64,000 nucleotides of DNA from Gammaproteobacteria bacterium. GTDB taxonomy: Bacteria > Pseudomonadota > Gammaproteobacteria > G965277405. Below are positions 50,981 to 61,900 of the stretch, in pieces. The stretch covers positions 544,001-608,000 of the forward strand of contig OZ255726.1 in the NCBI GenBank assembly GCA_965277405.1. The letters are read 5' to 3'. The number at the start of each line of letters is the position of its first letter. Within the stretch, counting starts at the first letter, position 1. The translations under genes and the position numbers were made by a program. The notes beneath the pieces are model-generated. The model was not told where the DNA came from. It ran no database searches and saw nothing but the letters and a program-made list of their open reading frames with translations.

Positions 50981-52327
50981 CTATTGCTGCAACTCCAATA
51001 GCTTTTCAAGGTAGTGAATATCGACACCTCCTTTAACAAACTCCGTATCACGAAATAACCGCTGATGCAATTCTATGTTGGTATGAATGCCTTCGATTAA
51101 AATCTCATCGAGGGCGTTGCGCATTCTAATAACAGCTTCGGCGCGGTTTTCTCCATGTACAATCAACTTGGCAATTAACGAATCATACTGCGGCGGTACC
51201 GCGTAGCCATCGTACAAATGGGTGTCAACACGAACACCAGGTCCACCTGGCATATGCACATGGTTGACAACACCTGGGGATGGGATAAATGTCTGTGGAT
51301 GCTCGGCGTTAATGCGGCATTCTATAGCATGGCCGACAAAATTGATTTGCTGTTGTTTGAATTGCAGCGGTTCACCTGTGGCGACTAAAATTTGGTGCTT
51401 GACTATATCAATCCCTGCAACCATCTCACTTACTGGGTGTTCAACCTGAATGCGTGTATTCATTTCAATGAAAAAAAAGCAATCATCTTCGTATAAAAAC
51501 TCAAACGTCCCTACACCGCTGTAGCCAAGCTTGATACAGGCTGCAACACATAGACTGGTAATGTTGTCTATAATAGCTTGATCAATATCTGGTGCTTGCG
51601 CTTCTTCGATGACTTTTTGATGGCGGCGTTGTATTGAGCAATCACGCACCCCGATATGTATTGCTTCACCTTGGCCATCTGCGAGCACTTGTACTTCTAT
51701 GTGTCGTGGCTTTTGTAAAAACTTCTCCATATACACGCGACCGTCACCAAAGGCACTCAATGCTTCGCTCTTGGTAATTTGCAATGATTCTGCTAATTGT
51801 TCTGAGCGTTCAACAACTCGCATCCCGCGTCCCCCCCCACCTGCTGCTGCTTTTAATATAACTGGATAACCAATTTCGTTGGCGATGTTGTTGTTTTCCG
51901 CTGTGTCATTTGTTAATGGTTTTCCTGAACCTGGAACTGTGGGAACGCCAACTTTTTTCATCTCAGCAATGGCACTGACTTTGTCACCCATTACTGTAAT
52001 GTGTGCAGCAGACGGTCCGACAAAATGAAAGCCACAACGTTGTACTTGTTCGGCAAAGGTAGCATTCTCAGCTAGAAATCCGTAGCCTGGGTGAATCGCA
52101 TCTGATCGGGTTAATTCTGCCGCTGCAATAATCGCAGGAATGCTAAGATAACTATCGGCTGCGCTTGGCGGACCAATACATACAGATTGATCAGCAAGGC
52201 GAACGTGCTTAAGGTCTGTATCTGCACTAGAATGCACCGCAACAGTTTCGATGCCCAACACTTTGCATGCACGTAAAATTCGCAGCGCTATCTCGCCACG
52301 GTTTGCAATGAGAAGACGTTTAAACAT
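50981..52327 (-). CDS. accC: Acetyl-CoA carboxylase biotin carboxylase
   Basis: [46 protein letters not shown]. Confidence 0.97.
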   Translation of the reverse strand: MFKRLLIANRGEIALRILRACKVLGIETVAVHSSADTDLKHVRLADQSVCIGPPSAADSYLSIPAIIAAAELTRSDAIHPGYGFLAENATFAEQVQRCGFHFVGPSAAHITVMGDKVSAIAEMKKVGVPTVPGSGKPLTNDTAENNNIANEIGYPVILKAAAGGGGRGMRVVERSEQLAESLQITKSEALSAFGDGRVYMEKFLQKPRHIEVQVLADGQGEAIHIGVRDCSIQRRHQKVIEEAQAPDIDQAIIDNITSLCVAACIKLGYSGVGTFEFLYEDDCFFFIEMNTRIQVEHPVSEMVAGIDIVKHQILVATGEPLQFKQQQINFVGHAIECRINAEHPQTFIPSPGVVNHVHMPGGPGVRVDTHLYDGYAVPPQYDSLIAKLIVHGENRAEAVIRMRNALDEILIEGIHTNIELHQRLFRDTEFVKGGVDIHYLEKLLELQQ

Positions 52328-52788
52328 TATGCAATAATCGCTAATACTTGACCAAACTCTACTGGGTCACCGTCCTTGAGGGGAAGTTGTTTAATTGTGC
52401 CGCTTACGTCTGCTTTGATGTGATTCATCATTTTCATCGCTTCAATAATACACAGTGTGTCGCCAGCATTGACTTGACTACCAACTATTACAAACGCAGC
52501 TGCACCTGGTGCAGGGCTTGAATAATATGTACCAACCATTGGAGAACTGACTGTTGCACCTGTCTCTTCATCTGCTGCTGTAGTTGGGGGTGCAACAATT
52601 GTTTCTGGGTCAGTTGTGCTAACAGGAGTTGCTGCAATTGGTGCGACAACTGCTTTGCCAACTTTTTCTTTTGATAGTGAAACAGTCGTTGTTCCGTCGC
52701 TAATGTGTAATTTGCCGACGCTTGATTCTTCTAGGACATTCACCAACTGGCGAATGTATCGAATGTCAGTAAGGGATTTTTCAGTCAT
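52327..52788 (-). CDS. accB: Biotin carboxyl carrier protein
   Basis: [17 protein letters not shown]; TAATG coupling to accC. Confidence 0.95.
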   Translation of the reverse strand: MTEKSLTDIRYIRQLVNVLEESSVGKLHISDGTTTVSLSKEKVGKAVVAPIAATPVSTTDPETIVAPPTTAADEETGATVSSPMVGTYYSSPAPGAAAFVIVGSQVNAGDTLCIIEAMKMMNHIKADVSGTIKQLPLKDGDPVEFGQVLAIIA

Positions 52789-52864
52789 ATATGGTATCCT
52801 AAATATTGCATAGCTTATATTAGCAAGTGTATGTAGTTTATGAAAGGTCTGATTAAGTCCTTAG

Positions 52865-52916
52865 GGAAGCTCTGATTAATTCCATGATGGGCGAGACGTA
52901 GTTAATCAGAGCTTCC
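52865..52916. mobile_element. 52-bp mini-MITE next to an older TIR remnant (52842-52860)
   Basis: ggaagctctgattaa-ttccatgatgggcgagacgtag-ttaatcagagcttcc with perfect 15-bp TIRs. Confidence 0.88.
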
Positions 52917-52924
52917 TAAACAAG

Positions 52925-55900
52925 CTAATCTTGATGATATTTAATTACTAATTGCCATTGACTAAAGGTGTCATCGTGACTGTCTGCATAGTCAGTATTG
53001 TCATCTGCTACAAAATCACCTGCTGCAAACAAATCCTTCACTGTTATTCTCCAATGACCTTGTATGCTTTCACCAAGAAATGCATGCACAGCTATGGGTT
53101 GCTGATAACCTAGGTTAGCTTGAGTGTGTCCATTTCCTGCAGGATACGCCGGATACGATGTTCCTGCAGGCGATGTTAAAGATATTTCTATGTCTTGCAG
53201 CGCTGTTGTCGTTAGTTTAACAAATAGGTTGAGGTGGTCGATTTTGCCAGTTGCTGCAACGTATAGTTCCTTGCTAACACCATCGCTATTTTTATTCGGT
53301 ACAAGCATGGGTACAAAAGTATGATTTTTGGTAATTGCCTCAATTCTGTCATGGGTAATCAACTGCGAATAGCTCTTCGCCATCGCTAATGCTGCATCTA
53401 CATTGACCAAACCAAAGCCATACCAATCGCTGTAATTAAGACCTGCCGCATTAGTAATCCAACCCCGACTAAATTGATAAGCGCCGCTACCTGGAATATC
53501 TGTAGTCACTGTGTAGTCGGCATCAATTATCGTTGCTGTTTTCGCCAATATATACCGCACATCCCAAATAGTTAATGCTGGATGTTGCGAAAGTAACAAC
53601 GCAACCGCGCCACTGACAATTGCAGCCGCTGCGCGCGTACCGTGGAAAGTATTGGTGTAATTGCATGTTGGATCGTCATGGTGGAATTGGTTTGCTAAAA
53701 CGTTACTTGCTGCATTATCTGCTAACTCATGGTTACTATAACCCCTGCTACAGGAAGTTACATCTGTGGTGAACATTCCAGGTTCTCCAGCTAACATTCC
53801 AGGTTCTCCAGCTGATGGACTACCTTGCTCGCCACCAAAACCACTCACCCAAATAGCCCCGGCTGCAGCATAGCTCGCGCGTTTCCCGAAGGCGTTGACT
53901 GCGCCAACAGTGATGATCGGTAAGATGTCTTCCTTATCAAAACCAGCCAAGCCACAGCTCGTACCTATTACATTCGCTTGGCTGCATGCGTCACCATCAC
54001 CAATATATGAATCGCCTGCAGGTTTAATAAAAATGACTCCTTTGCCGTTTCTGCCATCTTGAATCCTGCGCATGATTATTGCGTTGCTGCCAATTGCTGC
54101 GGTAGCTGGCGTGCCGATGTGATCAAGGCGACTAGCTAGCTGGTCGCCTAAATACACAATATCGGCTTCAACTGCTGGGGAATCAGTGGCACTGGGGTCG
54201 CCATCACCAACACTATATTGTAAATACGTGGCATTGCTATTGACACCAGCAGCCATATTGTTAAAGCCAAGCAATTTGGCTTTGGGTGCGACACCCAAGC
54301 CACCCATACCATTATCTGCCATGGCAATCAAGCCAGCTATTGCTGTACCATGGTCGCCGTCACTACCCCTTGGGCTGGGATCGGTTGTTCCTGTCGCGGC
54401 ATTAGGTTGCATAAATGACCCCGTTGCAAAAGCATATCCTTGCCGAGGATCAATATTGTCAGCTAAATCAGGGTGGGTTATTTGCAAGCCAGTATCAACC
54501 ACGCTCACCAACGTTCCTTGACCGAGGCAGCCATCAGTGCGCCATGCACGTTGTAAGTTTAAATGGATGCTACTATCCATTTTGCTAGCATCCATGCCGG
54601 TGGCAATTTGACCTTGTTGCCTACCATCTAAGTACCATTGATATTTTTCTAATGGATTGCTATCTGGTAACGATACAAGCGTGTCTGTATCACAATTTGA
54701 ATTAACCGCTGTCATAAAAATAGTTGCTGTACTAACGGGGAAGTCCACCACATTAGATACATAACCCGAAACCACATATTCTGCTTTGCTTGCTACTATT
54801 GTTGGTGACCCTTGGATTGCACAGCTGTCGTTTGCCACAACTAGTGTCAAGCCAGCAGGTAGCGGCGGTGCTATGCTGCAACGAACAATTTCAACAGTGT
54901 TGACAAATTGCCATTGCTGCTGATTTTGGTATGTCAACATCGTCTGGGCAATTTTATCATCCATTTGCGGTAGCGCATAGATGGCGGTGATGAGGACGTC
55001 TGCACTGCTATCACCAGCGGAATTTGACCCAGTAATAACGTAGTTGCTAGTTTGTGTTGCACTAACATTGTTGGGACTGCCATCAATTTGGCAGGTGCTG
55101 CGTCCATTGCCACCTACAGCTATATTCAGGGCTAAACCTGGCGGCAGCGGTGGTGTGGGGGTACAACTGGTCACATCACCACCATTGTTCTCAATTATTA
55201 TATGCTGAGGAATTCGATCACTGACTACAAACACCATTGCGGTATTGTTATATAATAATGCTGGTGCTTGATCATTGGCTGTTTGATCGTTGGGTGTTTG
55301 ATCATTGACAGTGATGCTATCGCGTAATGCTATAGACCTTCGCGACCTTGACCTTCGTTGCGGCTCTATTCGTGCACTTCTAGCACTTCGAGCACTCCGT
55401 TGAGGATTTGAAGCATAAGAACGTCCAGAAAACGGATTCTCATATATTTCGATGAGTACCGTTGCGCGACTTTCGCCGCCGCTATTGGACCCTTTTATTG
55501 TATACATTATCTCGTATTCTTGAGGTACCGTTGGAGTTCCTGTTATCTGACACGTTGCTTTACCTAAGAAGGTTGCAACTGCAAGCTGCAAACCACCAGC
55601 TAGCTGTGGTGCAATATCACAACTTATTACATCCCCACCAAAGTTTAAAAAGTTCACAGCTTGTATGGGTATACCTATTATGTAATACTGATCTGCTAAT
55701 CTGCCCAAAATTGGAGGGATATCATAGTTCACCGTGATGCTGATATCTGCGCTGCTAGTGCCGCCGCTATTCGACGCTGTGATTGTATACGTTATCGGGT
55801 CTTCTTGCAGGGTGGTTGGGGTTCCTGTTATCTGGCAACTAGCTCCATCTGGCGTTTTCTTAAGTGTTAAACCATCAGGCCATGCTGCGCTATTATCCCC

Positions 55901-58900
55901 GCCTACTTCGCAACTTGTCACCGCACCGCCTGTGTTGCCAAAATCAACAGCTGCTATCGCTGTGTCTATTGTGTAATGCTGCGGGCTTGGGCTGGCTAGC
56001 TCTGGGATATTATCGTTCACCGTGATGCTGATAGCTGCGCTGCTAGTGCCGCCGCTATTCGTCGCGGTGATGGTATACGTTATCGGTTCTTCTTGCAGGG
56101 TGGTTGGTATTCCTGTTAGCTGACAAGTTGCTGGATCTGCGATGGTGGCAAGCTGCAAACCACCAATTAGCTGTGGCGCAACATCACAGCTGGTTACCGC
56201 ACCGCCTGTGTTGCCAAAATCAACAGCTGCTATCGGCGTGTTGATGGTGTATATCCGCGGGCTTGGATTTACTAGCTCTGGGATATTATCGTTCACCGTG
56301 ATGCTGATATCGGCGCTGCTATCGCCACCGCTGTTCGTCGCTGTGATGGTATACGTTATAGCGTCTTCTTGCAGGGTGGTTGGTATTCCTGTTAGCTGAC
56401 AAGTTGCTGGATCTGCTATGGTGGCAAGCTGCAAACCACCAACTAGCGGCGGTACAACACCACAACTTGTTACCGCACCGCCTGTGTTGCCAAAATCAAC
56501 AGCTGCTATCGCTGTGTCTATTGTGTAATGCTGCGGACTGGGACTTACTAACGCTGGGATATTATCGTTCACCGTGATGCTGATAGCTGCGCTGCTAGTG
56601 CCGCCGCTATTCGTCGCGGTGATGGTATACGTTATCGGTTCTTCTTGCAGTACGGTTGGAGTGCCTGTTAGCTGACAAGTTGCTGGATCTGCTATGGTGG
56701 CAAGCTGCAAACCACCAACTAGCGGCGGTACAACGCCACAGCTGGTTACCGCTCCGCCTGTGTTGCCAAAATCAACAGCTGCTATCGCTGTGTCTATTGT
56801 GTAATGCTGCGGACTGGGACTTACTAACGCTGGGATATTATCATTCACCGTGATGCTGATAGCTGCGCTGCTAGTGCCGCCGCTATTCGACGCTGTGATT
56901 GTATACGTTGCCTCTTCTTCATGCAGTGCGGTTGGGGTTCCTGTTATTTGGCAACTAGCTCCGTCTGGCGTTTTCTTAAGTGTTAAACCATCAGGCCATG
57001 CTGCGCTATTATCCCCGCCTACTTCGCAACTTGTCACCGCACCACCTGTGTTGCCAAAATCAACAGCTGCTATCGCTGTGTTGATGGTGTATATCCGCGG
57101 GCTGGGGGTTGCTAGCGCTGGGATATTATCGTTCACCGTGATGCTGATATCTGCGCTGCTAGTGCCGCCGCTATTCGACGCTGTTATTGTATACGTTGCC
57201 TCTTCTTCATGCAGTGCGGTTGGGGTTCCTGTTATCTGGCAACTAGCTCCGTCTGGCGTTTTCTTAAGTGTTAAACCATCAGGCCATGCTGCGCTATTAT
57301 CCCCGCCTACTTCGCAACTTGTCACCGCACCGCCTGTGTTGCTAAAGTTCACAGTTGGTATCGCTGTGTCTATTGTGTAATGCTGCGGGCTGGGGGTTGC
57401 TAGCGCTGGGATATTATCGTTCACCGTGATGCTGATATCTGCGCTGCTAGTGCCGCCGCTATTCGTCGCGGTGATGGTATACGTTATAGCGTCTTCTTGC
57501 AGTGTGGTTGGTATTCCTGTTAGCTGACAAGTTGCTGGATCTGCTATGGTGGCAAGCTGCAAACCACTAGGTAGCGGTGTTGAAACATCACAGCTTGTTA
57601 CCGCACCGCCTGTGTTGCCAAAATCAACAGCTGCTATCGGCGTGTTGATGGTGTATATCCGCGGGCTTGGATTTACTAGCGCTGGGATATTATCATTCAC
57701 CGTGATGCTGATATCTGCGCTGCTAGTGCCGCCGCTATTCGTCGCTGTTATTGTATACGTTGCCTCTTCTTCATGCAGTGCGGTTGGGGTTCCTGTTATC
57801 TGGCAACTAGCTCCGTCTGTCGTTTTCTTAAGTGTTAAACCATCAGGCCATGCTGCGCTATTATCCCCGCCTACTTCGCAGCTTGTCACCGCACCGCCTG
57901 TGTTGCCAAAATCAACAGCTGCTATCGCTGTGTCTATTGTGTAATGCTGCGGACTGGGACTTACTAACGCTGGGATATTATCATTCACCGTGATGCTGAT
58001 ATCGGCGCTGCTAGTGCCGCCGCTATTCGTCGCTGTTATTGTATACGTTGCCTCTTCTTCATGCAGTGCGGTTGGGGTTCCTGTTATCTGGCAACTAGCT
58101 CCGTCTGGCGTTTTCTTAAGTGTTAAACCATCAGGCCATGCTGCGCTATTATCCCCGCCTACTTCGCAACTTGTCACCGCACCGCCTGTGTTGCTAAAGT
58201 TCACAGTTGGTATCGCTGTGTCTATTGTGTAATGCTGCGGACTGGGACTTACTAACGCTGGGATATTATCGTTCACCGTGATGCTGATATCTGCGCTGCT
58301 AGTGCCGCCGCTATTCGTCGCGGTGATGGTATACGTTATAGCGTCTTCTTGCAGTGTGGTTGGTATTCCTGTTAGCTGACAAGTTGCTGGATCTGCTATG
58401 GTGGCAAGCTGCAAACCACTAGGTAGCGGTGCTGAAACATTACAGCTTGTCACCGCACCGCCTGTGTTGCTAAAATCAACAGCTGCTATCGCTGTGTTGA
58501 TGGTGTATATCCGCGGGCTTGGATTTACTAGCGCTGGGATATTATCATTCACCGTGATGCTGATATCGGCGCTGCTAGTGCCGCCGCTATTCGTCGCGGT
58601 GATGGTATACGTTATCGGATCTTCTTGCAGTACGATTGGAGTGCCTGTTAGCTGACAAGTTGCTGGATCTGCTATGGTGGCAAGCTGCAAACCACCAACT
58701 AGCGGCGGTACAACGCCACAGCTTGTCACCGCACCGCCTGTGTTGCCAAAATCAACAGCTGCTATCGGCGTGTTGATGGTGTATATCCGCGGGCTTGGGG
58801 TTGCTAGCTCTGGGATATTATCGTTCACCGTGATGCTGATATCGGCGCTGCTATCGCCGCCGCTATTCGTCGCTGTTATTGTATACGTTATCGAGTCTTC

Positions 58901-61900
58901 TTGCAGGGTGGTTGGCATACCTGTTAGCTGACAAGTTGCTGGATCTGCTATGGTGGCAAGCTGCAAACCACCAATTAGCTGTGGCGCAACATCACAGCTT
59001 GTCACCGCACCGCCTGTGTTGCCAAAATCAACAGCTGCTATCGGTGTGTTGATGGTGTATATCCGCGGGCTTGGATTTACTAGCTCTGGGATATTATCGT
59101 TCACCGTGATGCTGATATCTGCGCTGCTATCGCCACCGCTATTCGTCGCTGTGATGGTATACGTTATAGCGTCTTCTTGCAGGGTGGTTGGTATTCCTGT
59201 TAGCTGACAAGTTGCTGGATCTGCTATGGTGGCAAGCTGCAAGTCACCAACTAGCTGCGGTGAAACGTCACAACTTGTTACATCCCCACCAAAGTTGACA
59301 AAGTTCACAGTTGGTATCGCTGTGTTGATGGTGAATAGCTGCGGGGGTGGGCTTATTAAATTTGGCTGAGCATCGTTCACCGTGATGCTTATCGCTGCGA
59401 TGTCAGTACCGCCGCTATTCGTCGCTGTTATTGTATACGTTATCGGGTCTTCTTGCAGGGTGATTGGTATTCCTGTTATCTGGCAACTAGCTCCGTCTGG
59501 CGTTTTCTTAAGTGTTAAACCATCAGGCCATGCTGCGCTATTATCCCCGCCTACTTCGCAGCTTGTCACCGCACCACCTGTGTTGCTAAAGTTCACAGTT
59601 GGTATCGCTGTGTCTATTGTGTAATGCTGCGGACTGGGACTTACTAACTCTGGGATATTATCGTTCACCGTGATGCTGATATCTGCGCTGCTAGTGCCGC
59701 CGCTATTCGTCGCTGTTATTGTATACGTTGTCGCGTCTTCATGCAGTGCGGTTGGGGTTCCTGTTATCTGGCAACTAGCTCCGTCTGGCGTTTTCTTAAG
59801 TGTTAAACCATCAGGCCATGCTGCGCTATTATCCCCGCCTACTTCGCAGCTTGTCACCGCACCACCTGTGTTGCTAAAGTTCACAGCTGGTATCGCTGTG
59901 TCTATTGTGTAATGCTGCGGACTGGGACTTACTAACTCTGGGATATTATCGTTCACCGTTATGCTGATATCGGCGCTGCTAGTGCCGCCGCTATTCGACG
60001 CTGTGATTGTATACGTTGCCTCTTCTTCATGCAGTGCGGTTGGGGTTCCTGTTAGCTGGCAACTAGCTCCGTCTGTCGTTTTCTTAAGTGTTAAACCATC
60101 AGGCCATGCTGCGCTATTATCCCCGCCTACTTCGCAGCTTGTCACCGCACCACCTGTGTTGCCAAAATCAACAGCTGCTATCGCTGTGTCTATTGTGTAA
60201 TGCTGCGGACTGGGACTTACTAACGCTGGGATATTATCATTCACCGTGATGGTTATCGCTGCGCTGCTAGTGCCGCCGCTATTCGTCGCTGTGATTGTAT
60301 ACGTTGCCTCTTCTTCATGCAGTGCGGTTGGGGTTCCTGTTATCTGGCAACTAGCTCCGTCTGTCGTTTTCTTAAGTGTTAAACCATCAGGCCATGCTGC
60401 GCTATTATCCCCGCCTACTTCGCAGCTTGTCACCGCACCACCTGTGTTGCCAAAATCAACAGCTGCTATCGCTGTGTCTATTGTGTAATGCTGCGGGCTG
60501 GGGGTTGCTAGCTCTGGGATATTATCGTTCACCGTGATGCTGATATCTGCGCTGCTAGTGCCGCCGCTATTCGTCGCGGTGATGGTATACGTTATAGCGT
60601 CTTCTTGCAGTGTGGTTGGTATTCCTGTTAGCTGACAAGTTGCTGGATCTGCTATGGTGGCAAGCTGCAAACCACCAATTAGCTGTGGCGCAACATCACA
60701 GCTGGTTACCGCACCGCCTGCGTTGTCAAAATCAACAGCTGCTATCGGCGTGTTGATGGTGTATATCCGCGGGTTTGGGTTTACTAGCTCTGGGATATTA
60801 TCGTTCACCGTGATGCTGATAGCTGCGCGGCTAGTGCCGCCGCTATTCGTCGCGGTGATGGTATACGTTATCGGTTCTTCTTGCAGTGCGGTTGGTATTC
60901 CTGTTAGCTGACAAGTTGCTGGATCTGCTATGGTGGCAAGCTGCAAACCACCAACTAGCGGTGGTGCAACACCACAGCTTGTTACCGCACCGCCTGTGTT
61001 GCCAAAATCAACAGCTGCTATCGGCGTGTTGATGGTGTATATCCGCGGGTTTGGGTTTACTAGCTCTGGGATATTATCGTTCACCGTGATGCTGATAGCT
61101 GCGCGGCTAGTGCCGCCGCTATTCGTCGCGGTGATGGTATACGTTATCGGTTCTTCTTGCAGTGCGGTTGGTATTCCTGTTAGCTGACAAGTTGCTGGAT
61201 CTGCTATGGTGGCAAGCTGCAAACCACCAACTAGCGGTGGTGCAACACCACAGCTTGTTACCGCACCGCCTGTGTTGCCAAAATCAACAGCTGCTATCGC
61301 TGTGTTGATGGTGTATATCCGCGGGCTTGGATTTACTAGCGCAGGGATATTATCGTTCACCGTGATGCTGATATCTGCGCTGCTATCGCCACCGCTGTTC
61401 GTCGCTGTGATGGTATACGTTATCGGGTCTTCTTGCAGCGTGGTTGGTATTCCTGTTAGCTGACAAGTTGCTGGATCTGCTATGGTGGCAAGCTGCAAAC
61501 CACCAATTAGCTGTGGAGCAACATCACAGCTTGTCACCGCACCGCCTGCGTTGCCAAAATCAACAGCTGCTATCGGCGTGTTGATGGTGTATATCCGCGG
61601 GCTTGGATTTACTAGCGCTGGGATATTATCGTTCACCGTGATGCTGATAGCTGCGCGGCTAGTGCCGCCGCTATTCGTCGCGGTGATGGTATACGTTATC
61701 GGTTCTTCTTGCAGTGCGGTTGGGGTTCCTGTTAGCTGGCAACTAGCTCCGTCTGGCGTTTTCTTAAGTGTTAAACCATCAGGCCATGCTGCGCTATTAT
61801 CCCCGCCTACTTCGCAACTTGTCACCGCACCACCTGTGTTGCCAAAATCAACAGCTGCTATCGCTGTGTCTATTGTGTAATGCTGCGGACTGGGACTTAC

